From the NCBI GenBank assembly GCA_964291265.2, contig OZ219747.1, positions 3,904,001-3,968,000 on the forward strand: 64,000 bases of DNA. The letters are read 5' to 3'. Made by a program: the position numbers and the translations under genes. The notes under the pieces were generated by a model. The model was not told where the DNA came from. It did no database searches and saw only the letters and a program-made list of their open reading frames with translations. Position 1 is the first letter of the stretch; the number at the start of each line of letters is the position of its first letter. The DNA is from Alphaproteobacteria bacterium. GTDB lineage: Bacteria > Pseudomonadota > Alphaproteobacteria > SP197. Shown piece after piece: positions 44,213 through 52,452 of the stretch.

Positions 44213-44306
44213 TTCACACTTTCTGCATGTCGACACCGGAGCGGCGCGGCCTTCGTCCAAACCCGCTTAGTGACGGCCCTCCGGCCGTCACTCAGCAGAT
44301 CTTTGG
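44213..44306 (-). repeat. 94-bp hairpin-forming element, copy 2
   Basis: Inverted homologue of 35991-36084; coincides with the truncation point of the hsdS fragment. Confidence 0.85.
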
Positions 44307-44422
44307 GACTCGATGTTCTTCACGCCCACGAAGCAAAGCCCCACCGCAGCAGAGTCGTCTGGATCAAGCCCTTGGCAATCCATCTCAAAGAGATCACCCA
44401 GCTTTACGATCGGAAAGCTCAC
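44300..44422 (-). pseudogene. Type I RM HsdS N-terminal fragment
   Basis: GTG SFPIVKLGDLFEMDCQGLDPDD...FVGVKNIES; GTGA overlap with an HsdM-like stop. Confidence 0.55.
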
Positions 44423-44563
44423 TCCCCCACCGCTTCCTGCACCGCTCCGGCAAGGTTGTTCATCTTTGCAAGAATTTTGGTCTCAATACCGCGCAGTTTC
44501 TCCAGACTCTCCAACGTGTCGTGGTGCTCCATCGTGGCACGGTTCGGTGGCCGATGGCGTTTG
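44419..44563 (-). pseudogene. Displaced HsdM C-terminal fragment (copy B)
   Basis: KRHRPPNRATMEHHDTLESLEKLRGIETKILAKMNNL; colinear homologue of 45095-45221. Confidence 0.65.
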
Positions 44564-44590
44564 GTCCTGGAGAAAAGCGGGAACCCCACA

Positions 44591-44815
44591 CTAATTGCGT
44601 TGCCCCACAACGTCTGGGTTAGAGTTTTCCAATTCAGCGATTCGGTCAAGAGCTTCGTCCAGATCCGCCGCAAGACTATCCATCCGGCTAGAAAATCGCC
44701 GGGAAACGTAAAATCCGACCAGTGCAATAGCCACTGGAATGACAATGGCAACTATTCCGATCAGCAGTGACAAGCCTTGCAGGTACAACGCAACAGGTAC
44801 GCCTTCGCACATCAT
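44591..44815 (-). CDS. Small single-pass membrane protein with coiled-coil tail
   Basis: 74 aa; hydrophobic LSLLIGIVAIVIPVAIALVGFYV then LAADLDEALDRIAELE; 4 nt after the GIY-YIG-like gene. Confidence 0.65.
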   Translation of the reverse strand: MMCEGVPVALYLQGLSLLIGIVAIVIPVAIALVGFYVSRRFSSRMDSLAADLDEALDRIAELENSNPDVVGQRN

Positions 44816-44819
44816 TTGA

Positions 44820-45032
44820 TCACCGGCGCCGGGTAGGACGGCCTTTCGCAGCCTGTTCGCGCTCCCACTTGAGGGCGGCATCTCTGGTCGTCGCGTGCCC
44901 GACTTTTTCGATATCGCCACTACCGAAATCGTTTCTATGCTCGGTTTCCCGACGCTCAAGATCATTCGTGATGCCCGTGTGAACGATCCTTCGGTTCCGT
45001 TTGAAGTGATATTTGTAAGTGTCGCGCGCCAT
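44820..45032 (-). CDS. Minimal GIY-YIG-like nuclease (70 aa)
   Basis: TYKY...VHTGITNDLERRETEH...AALKWERE fits the GIY-YIG core (YxG-x-T, conserved R, H, E); RBS GGAGGT. Confidence 0.7.
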   Translation of the reverse strand: MARDTYKYHFKRNRRIVHTGITNDLERRETEHRNDFGSGDIEKVGHATTRDAALKWEREQAAKGRPTRRR

Positions 45033-45061
45033 GATCAGTACCTCCAATACCAGTAGTAACC

Positions 45062-45090
45062 TTAATAGTGGCATGGAGTCAAAATGTCAA
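45062..45090 (-). promoter_or_regulatory. Near-consensus sigma70 promoter for the GIY-YIG/TM cassette
   Basis: TTGACA-N17-TATTAA, about 30 nt upstream of ATG 45032. Confidence 0.75.
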
Positions 45091-45335
45091 GTCCCCGCAT
45101 CGCGTCTCCCAATTCGTCGATCTGGCCGAGGATTTGGGTCTCGATGCCGCGCAGTTCATCCAGAATCTCAAGCGGGTCGCGGTACACGACATTGGCGCGG
45201 CTCGGTGGCCGGTGGCGTTTGCCGCTGAGGTTGAAGTCGGCGGCACAGATGGCGTCGTCCACGGCGAACCATCAGTACACGGTCCGGTCCTCGTTCGGGT
45301 CGCGTCCCTGCCATTGTGCTTACCGCGCGTCGGTC
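45091..45335 (-). pseudogene. Type I RM HsdM C-terminal remnant (copy A)
   Basis: W.FA...I..ADFNLSGKRHRP...YRDPLEILDELRGIETQILGQIDEL with internal stops. Confidence 0.65.
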
Positions 45336-46419
45336 GCAGAACGCTTAGACGAGGCAGGGCATGTGTAAGCGTTCGGCCGTTCGGTGATGGCTGATTTTGG
45401 TTGGTTTGGGTCTTGCTGACTATCGTCTGAGAAAGTGCTGGTAAACTCGTTTGGTCTCGATTATGGTCGAGGCCATGAAGACTTTTGCCGAGACGCGCGG
45501 AGCGACACAGCAGCTGACGGGAGGTGGTGACGGCCTATGTCGGGCGTCAGTGGCCTTGTCATGCGAGGCGCCTGACTGGCGTGCGCTCTATGAGGCGGAG
45601 CGGGTTCGTGCGGATGCGGCGGAAGCGCGTATGCGTGACCTGCGCCGTGCGAAGAATTCTGCCCGTGCCCGTGCGGGCACATTCAAGTTTCATCTCGACC
45701 GCACTCGTGATCAGCTCAAGGAGGCTCGCCGGGAGGTGAAGCGTGGACAGGCCCGAGCGGAGGCGCTGGAGCGGGAAAGGGACGCTCTGAAGCTCAAGAA
45801 CGCTGAACAGGCGAGCGAGCTGAGGAATCTCCGCGGGACGCGTGCCAAGCACGCGACGGCGCGCTTCGGGTCGAAGAGCGAGAAACGGAAGAAGAAGGAA
45901 GGCACCGGGAACAAGCGGGGTCAGCAACCCGGCAAGAGCGGCCACGGGCGCACTCCGCGTCCGAAGCTCAAGGAGAAGCACGAACGCCATGATCCACCGG
46001 CATCGCAGCGCACGTGCCCGTGTTGCGGCGAGCCCTATGTGGCCAACGGCAGCCACGAGACCTCGATCATGGAGGTCCATGTCAAGGCTCATATCCGGCG
46101 GATTGAACGTGGGCGTTGGCGCCGTGGTTGTCAGTGTTCGTCGGCGCCTGCGGAGATCATCGCGCCGCCACCTTTGCGCTTGCTTGCGAATACCCCCTTC
46201 GGCATCAGTGTCTGGGAATGCGTGCTCTATGAGCGCTTCGCCTGCTTGCGTCCCCTGCGCCGGGTCTCGCGATGGCTGGAAGACCAGGGACTGCCGATGG
46301 CGCCGGGAACGATCGCTGGCGGCATGAAGAAGATGACGCCGATGTTCGCGCCTCTCGCTCAGGCCATCCTCGATCATCAGAACCGGCTGACGGTGCGCCA
46401 CGGCGACGAGACCAGCTGG

Positions 46420-48338
46420 GTCGCGGTAGGGATGCGCATTGCTGCGCACCCCCCGCACAGATCCGGACATGGACGTTAATCCATCCGGCTCCTACCTCGG
46501 GTGCTTGACGGTAAACCGCTGGTCCGGCCATGGGTGGCGGATGGAGACGCGCGGCCAAAGAAGCTCGGTCATGCGCTCCAATCGCTTCCAGTCAAAGCAG
46601 TGGCGCTGGGAGCGGCGGCGGATCGCTCGCAGCCATAGGCGTTGCAGCCTTTGGCGGAACGTGCGCAGCCATCGGGTCGACCCCGGAACGGCGAAGTAGT
46701 TGGACCAGCCATTGACAACTCGCCCAAGCCACATGCCGACCTCCCATATGTCGTGATGCCGTCGATTGCGAAGCACCTCCTCGATGCGCGCCAGGGTCCT
46801 TGCGACCCGTTTTGCGACCGGCTTGCGACCAAGCCTGAAGCGTCCTCTCCGGGTCTCCGTGCAGAAGTGCGTGAAGCCCAGGAAGTCGAACGTCTCCGGC
46901 CTGCCCGCCCCGCGAGATCGCCGGTTCGCCTTGGCAAACCGTCCAAACTCAACGAGACGGGTCTTGTCCGGGTGAAGGGTGAGACCAAAGCGGTCCAGCC
47001 TCTCCCGAACGTCGCGAAGGTATGTCTCCGCATCCCGCTTATGCTGGAACCCGACCACAATATCGTCCGCGTAGCGGACAATGATCGCTTTACCGTTCGG
47101 AACCTTCGGACGCCATGCCTTGTGAAACCACAGATCGAGCACGTAGTGCAGAAACACGTTCGCCAGGCAGGGGCTGACAATGGCGCCCTGAGGCGTGCCC
47201 GCACCGGTGTCGCTCCATGATCCGTCGGTCATGACGCCAGCGTTCAGCCACTTGCGGATCAGACGGATCACCCGCCTGTCGCCAATGCGATGCTCCAGGA
47301 ACTTGATCAACCAATCCCTCGGGATTGTGTCGAAGTACCCCTGAATGTCCGCGTCGACTATCCAGTTGACCTTGCGCCGCTCGATCCCGAACGCCAGGGC
47401 GTCGAGAGCGTCATGCGCCCCTCGGCCCGGTCGGAACCCGTAGCTGAAGCCAAGGAACTCCACCTCATAAATCGGTGTCAGGATCACATCCACAACCGCC
47501 TTCTGGACGATCTTGTCCTCCAGTGCGGCAATCCCGAGCGGTCGTGTCCCGCCGTCCGGCTTGGGTATCTCAACCCGCCGAACCGGCGGCGCCCGGTACG
47601 CTCCCCCACGATGCAGGCGCGAGTGCAGATCAAGCAAGCGCTCGTCCAGACCCTCGCCATACGCCGCCCACGTCACGCCGTCGACACCTGCCGAGGCTTC
47701 CTTCTTCAAACCGAAGTAGGCCGCCCGGAGCGCGTCCGGCGTAATGTGATGGAAGAGTGCAGTGAGACGCTCCTTCGGGTTCCTCTCTGCAGCTTCCCGT
47801 ATCCGGTCCGCCGCCTGTGGCACACTTGCCCGACACTGCGTTCGGTGCGTGCTTTGGCGTCCCGGATTCCCCTTGGTTGAGGCCCTTTCCTCCAGCGACT
47901 CCGCAGAAGCTGACGCTCCCTTGTTCGCCGCCTTCACCGGTCTTACGGCCCCATCCGACTTCTTCAAACCGTTCCTCATAGGCTTCGGCTTTCTCCTTTC
48001 CCTACACGGTCCCGCCACGACAGGCGGGATAGTTCGAAGACCTCCCAGGGTCCCAACAGAAGGCGTGCGGACGTGCATGGGTTCTCCGACACCGCGGGGC
48101 TCGCCGACATCTCACCAAATCGATGCCTGCGATGTTGCCTTCGACCGATGCGAAAGCCTCGGCACCCCGAACAACGGACTTTTCGGTGCTCATTAGCCCT
48201 GCCCATCCGTACCGCTACCGACGCTTCGCCTGCCCCCTCGCGGGAACCGACGCACGGCTCGCGGAGAAACGTGGTTTGGTTACTCCTTCGTTTCAGGGGA
48301 CTTTCACCCCCTACCTTCCGCCAGTTCGCCTGGCACAC
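46420..48338 (-). mobile_element. Group II intron (1919 nt, class E-like), antisense to the transposase
   Basis: 5' GTGTG at 48338; D5 GAGCCGGATG...TCCGGATCTGTGCGGGGGG; 3' end CCCTACCGCGAC at 46420; EBS1/EBS2 pair with the 5' exon. Confidence 0.93.
46492..48078 (-). CDS. ltrA: Group II intron reverse transcriptase/maturase, no endonuclease domain
   Basis: AGVDG, RPLGI, SYGFRPGR, GTPQG, RYADD, FDFLGFTH; true start may be internal. Confidence 0.95.
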   Translation of the reverse strand: MHVRTPSVGTLGGLRTIPPVVAGPCRERRKPKPMRNGLKKSDGAVRPVKAANKGASASAESLEERASTKGNPGRQSTHRTQCRASVPQAADRIREAAERNPKERLTALFHHITPDALRAAYFGLKKEASAGVDGVTWAAYGEGLDERLLDLHSRLHRGGAYRAPPVRRVEIPKPDGGTRPLGIAALEDKIVQKAVVDVILTPIYEVEFLGFSYGFRPGRGAHDALDALAFGIERRKVNWIVDADIQGYFDTIPRDWLIKFLEHRIGDRRVIRLIRKWLNAGVMTDGSWSDTGAGTPQGAIVSPCLANVFLHYVLDLWFHKAWRPKVPNGKAIIVRYADDIVVGFQHKRDAETYLRDVRERLDRFGLTLHPDKTRLVEFGRFAKANRRSRGAGRPETFDFLGFTHFCTETRRGRFRLGRKPVAKRVARTLARIEEVLRNRRHHDIWEVGMWLGRVVNGWSNYFAVPGSTRWLRTFRQRLQRLWLRAIRRRSQRHCFDWKRLERMTELLWPRVSIRHPWPDQRFTVKHPR

Positions 48339-49162
48339 CGCATCCAGTCCCTCAAGGCCTCGGGGCGCTCGCAGAAGGCCTGGCTGTGGACCGCGGTCAG
48401 CGCCGACTCCGTCTTCTTCCTTATCGACCCGTCACGCAGCACCCGGGTGGCCATGGTGCTGTTCGCCTCCACCGAAGGCACCGTCTTCCTTGTCTGCGAT
48501 CGCTACGCGGTCTACAGGAAACTGGAGCGTGAGCTTGATGGCAAGGTGATCCTCTGCCTTTGCTGGGCGCACTCCAGGCGCGATGTGATCGAGGCTGCGG
48601 CAGGCCAGGAGGGGCTGGAAGAGTGGTGCGACAAGTGGCTCGACAGGATCGCGCTGATCTACACACTGAATGGGCAACGGCTGAAGCACTACGATCCCGC
48701 ACGCAAGCGTCAGTCAGCGAGGTTCAATGCCCTGCAGAAGGACCTTCGTGCGGCTGTCGAGGCGCTGTTCAGGCAGGCTCAGGAGGAACTCGACGCCTTG
48801 CCCGAGGGTGCACGCGAAGCGAAGCCCTTGCGTTCCCTGATCCGTCACCGCGAGGGACTGTGCGTCTTTGTCGACCATCCCCAGGTGCCCATGGACAACA
48901 ACTTTGCCGAGAGAGCCCTCCGGGGTGCGGTGACCGCGAGAAAGCTGAGCTTCGGCTCCGACAGCGAGGAAGGCGCCGCCTTCACCGCCATCATGTACTC
49001 GGTCATCGGCACCCTTGCCATGAACAACATCAATGTTCGGCGCTGGCTTCATGAGTGGCTTGAGGCCTGCGCGCAGAACGGCGGCAAGCCGCCGGATGAC
49101 CTCGACCCGTGGCTGCCATGGTCGATGACCCCGGAGCGCCGACGGGACCTCATGGAACCGGG

Positions 49163-49507
49163 GTGATCGAGTGCCGTTACGACGGCCGTGACTTCACCGC
49201 GCACGAGATGGCGCTGCGCTCCCTGATCACCCAGCACCCCACCCGTGCGGCCATCGCCCGCGCCTTCTGCCGCAAGACCGGCTGGTACAAGCCCGACGGC
49301 GGCCTCAAGAACATGATGGCGAGTGTCACCTTCCTGGCCATGCACCGCGCTACACAGGCGCCGTCTACAAGGCGTCGGGTTGGATCCATGTCGGCACCAC
49401 CAAGGGGCGCGGACGCTACGATACGCACAGGAAACTCGACAAACCAAAAAAAGGACATCTGGCTGAGGCCTCTCCGCAAAGACTGGAAACTCATCCTCAA
49501 CCGGTGA
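49163..49507 (+). pseudogene. Internally deleted DUF4338-like passenger gene of the IS66 element
   Basis: RYDGRDFT..E, R.AIARAFC...W.KPDGGLK, then KPKKDIWLRPL..DW; GTGA overlap with the transposase stop. Confidence 0.6.
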
Positions 49508-49543
49508 ATATCACCAACAATCACTGCGCGACCGAACGCTTAC

Positions 49544-50005
49544 GGCCATGGAAGAGGTCGCCTCAGGCCATGTTCTCGCGCTGGGTTCAGGAGAACTTCT
49601 TCAAGGACATGCGTGACGCCTGGAACCTTGACGCTCTGCCTGAGCATGGCTTCGAGACGCTCGATGACGACACCCTCGTGGTCAATCCGCACATGAGGAC
49701 CGTGGGCAAGGACATCCGTGAAGAACCAGGCGCGCCTCGCTCAGCTGCATGTGCGGATCGCCAGGGGGCAAGACAACGGACGCTCTCGCTGCCGAGGTCG
49801 GCGCCATCGAGGAGGACCTCGCCGAACTCAAGGAGCGCCGCTCGACCCTGGCCAGCCATGCCCGTCTCGGCGAACGTGCCGGCAGCAACAGGCCCGACAC
49901 CCTGCCACGAACTCAACACACCTCCTCATCGATCTCGTCCGCATGATCTGCCATCGCGCCGAAACCCGCATGATGGCCCCCGTGATCCGGGGAAAGGCGC
50001 GACCC
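49544..50005 (+). pseudogene. Fragment of another putative transposase
   Basis: MFSRWVQENFFK.MR..WNLDAL, VVNP, DLVRMICHRAET across frameshifts. Confidence 0.55.
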
Positions 50006-50006
50006 A

Positions 50007-50246
50007 ACACCGCGGTTCGCCGGCATCTCACCATAGCGATGCCTGCGATGTTGCCTTCGACCGTCGCGAAAGCCTCGGCACCCCGAACAACGAGCTTTTC
50101 GGTGCTCATGAGCCCTGCCCATCCGTACCGCTACCGACGCTTCGCCTGCCCCCTCGCGGGAACCGACGCACGGCTCGCGGAGAAACGTGGTTTGGTTACT
50201 CCTTCGTTCCGGGGGACTTTCACCCCCAACCTTCCGCCAGTTTGCC
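50007..50246 (-). repeat. Truncated second copy of group II intron domain I
   Basis: Near-identical to about 48090-48330 but lacks the GTGTG end; EBS loops differ. Confidence 0.9.
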
Positions 50247-50449
50247 TTGTATGACCAGGCGCTTGCTTGCCCACGGGTGGCGGATGCTGGCCTTGGGCCG
50301 GTGGGCTGCGATAAGGTTCCTTCAGGCAATCCGAAAACGGTTGTCTCCGCCCGCCGCAGAAACCCATGACGATCCCGGCGCTCCCCCTTGAGGTCAAGTG
50401 CCCGTGCCCTCCCGTGCCGTGCGCGAACCTCGCCGTCAGTCGGAGAGGC

Positions 50450-52033
50450 TCAGCACGGCAACGTACGGGCTCTTGAACTGCGTGTTTCCGGTGGGAGCCC
50501 GAACGCCTCGCCATAGATGCGCTCGATGCGTTGCGTTTCCTCATCCGTCAGCATCTTGAATTCTCCCTCGCGCGCCCGCCTCGAAAGGCGCCCGGCATTT
50601 TGATGCAGAAACCGAAACAGAAGGTCGGCGGTGCGATCAGGCATGTCGGCGACCCCTTGAAGGTGCCCCGTGAAATGGTCATGGCGCATGAGAAAATCAG
50701 CTTCGTTCGGCAGTTCTTCCTCGATTGTCCTCTTCACGCATTCGAACAGATATTCCGCATGGGGTGTTGCATCGAAAAAGCGATAGAAGTCCGCCGTGTC
50801 GTTGAGCACCCGGACATTGCCGCGCTCCGTCTGCTCCCAGTCGATGAATGGCAGGAGCCGCCGCGAGTGGTCTTTCAGGATCGCGCCATAGGCCTCGATC
50901 CGATCCAGGATTGCAACGGATACCGGGAACACGACCCCCCCGGGGTTGAAGCCCCGCTGTGCCAGGACGTGATGAATGAGATAGCGATGGATGCGCCCGT
51001 TTCCGTCGGCGAAGGGGTGGATGTACACGAAACCAAAGGCCAGTACGGTCGCTGCGATGACAGGATCGAGAGCGGTTGCAGGACCCCGGTCGAAGGCGAC
51101 CATGCCAGCGATCAGGGACGCGAGGTCCTCGTGCCGTGCGCTGATGTGGTCAGGGAGAGGTGTACCCGTGTTCCGCTCGTGCTGGCCTACGAATCCGCCT
51201 TCGGTGCGCAAGCCAAGTGGCACGAACCGATCGTCGCCGATGACGATCTTCTGCAGCCGCAGCAGTTCATCGAGGGTGATGGGTTGCCGGCCGGCCTCAC
51301 CTATGGCCCGGCCCCACCGCTGAATGCGGTTCTGCGGCGGGCGTTCGCCCTCGATCGCGTAGCTCGACCTGGAATCCTTCAGCAGCAGGAAGGCGGCCGC
51401 ACGAGCCAGCAAGTCTGCCGGGACCGCGGCAACGACCGCCCGGGCCCGCTCCGCGAGATCGTGGTTCACCAACTCTTCGAGTGCCTCCGTGTGGCGGACC
51501 AGCGGACAGAAATCCGCTGTGCCCGGCATGTTGTTCCTGACGCGATGCCGTGCAGAGTTCTCGCCCCGGACCGCCCACTGCTGCCGCGGATTGACGGCCG
51601 GGACGTAGTCGCCCCTTGTGGCATCCGGAAGGTTCAGGCGTCGCCCGGTGAGCCACTCATAGAGAAACCAGAGTCGCCGGGCATAGCTGCCCGTGGGCGT
51701 TCTCCGGACGATGGATTCCATCTCGGCCGCATCCACCGCAAGGAAGAGGCGCTTCAGAACCGCAAGATCGAGTCCCTCATACTTGAGCGCGAAGGTCAGG
51801 TGCGCTTCCAGCGTGGGGCGTGGGGCATGGCGGGGGGTGAGAAGGCGCCATCCTCCCCCCTCCCGGATCCTGTGCCGCTCACCCGTGGCGGACAATGTCC
51901 GTGGCAGGGGAACGTGCAGGCTGCAGGCATCGATCAGGGCGGCATAGCCGACCGGCGTCGCCCGTTCCGGCAACCGCCTGTCCTGAAGAACCGTGATCGG
52001 CCCTGAAAAGCGATGTCGCATCGCGTCACTCAT
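50450..52033 (-). CDS. Fic-domain protein
   Basis: HPFADGNGRIHR catalytic motif; SSYAIEGE inhibitory-type motif. Confidence 0.9.
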   Translation of the reverse strand: MSDAMRHRFSGPITVLQDRRLPERATPVGYAALIDACSLHVPLPRTLSATGERHRIREGGGWRLLTPRHAPRPTLEAHLTFALKYEGLDLAVLKRLFLAVDAAEMESIVRRTPTGSYARRLWFLYEWLTGRRLNLPDATRGDYVPAVNPRQQWAVRGENSARHRVRNNMPGTADFCPLVRHTEALEELVNHDLAERARAVVAAVPADLLARAAAFLLLKDSRSSYAIEGERPPQNRIQRWGRAIGEAGRQPITLDELLRLQKIVIGDDRFVPLGLRTEGGFVGQHERNTGTPLPDHISARHEDLASLIAGMVAFDRGPATALDPVIAATVLAFGFVYIHPFADGNGRIHRYLIHHVLAQRGFNPGGVVFPVSVAILDRIEAYGAILKDHSRRLLPFIDWEQTERGNVRVLNDTADFYRFFDATPHAEYLFECVKRTIEEELPNEADFLMRHDHFTGHLQGVADMPDRTADLLFRFLHQNAGRLSRRAREGEFKMLTDEETQRIERIYGEAFGLPPETRSSRARTLPC

Positions 52034-52452
52034 GAATTTCGACGGCGATGGTCCCCTGTATCTGGCAATTTCATGATAGGGAGTGCAAGACGCCTGTGCA
52101 AGGGCTGTCTGTGACTCTCTTGTTGCTCGCCAGATCGTCATGTGAGTGACTTTGACTCTTGCGCGTCTGGGACGGGCTCGACGATCGTCAGGCAGAGGGG
52201 CGCCGTGCACTCCTTCCAGTTCAACGACGTCAGGCATGCGAAGGTCCTGACCGTATTGATCCGGATGCTGGCGTGGAATGGTTCTCTTGACGGTGTTCCT
52301 GAGGTGGCAGCCCGATTGCCAGCAATTTGGGATCAGGTCATCGCCTGATTCGTTCACCCCTGCAATCATGGCCGAACCTGATGATCCGTCATGGTTGAGG
52401 GCCTGCGGTTCAATCCCGGATTCGGGCTTGTTCCCGATCAGGAGATGACGTG

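Larger units (their letters stand above)
45475..49166 (+). pseudogene. IS66 transposase, split by the intron (45475-46419 + 48339-49166)
   Basis: Coiled coil, FGSKSEK, CPCCG, HGDETSW|RIQSL..AWLW rejoin in frame, CWAHSRR, DNNFAERALR. Confidence 0.92.
45365..49543 (+). mobile_element. IS66-family element carrying a group II intron
   Basis: TIRs GTAAGCGTTCGG (45365) and CCGAACGCTTAC (ends 49543); flanks GGGCATGT / GGCCATGG (6/8 match). Confidence 0.88.

Noticed and set aside
46411-46426. CAGCTGGGTCGCG as the target of the second intron variant (twintron)
   Set aside because: Spacing and IBS2 do not fit, and similar partial matches occur by chance (e.g. near 55907).
46492-50246. RT plus a nearby ~240-bp repeat as a DGR or retron
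   Set aside because: The RT sits in a complete group II intron with D5/D6; the repeat is intron domain I, its differences are not adenine-specific, and there is no target gene.
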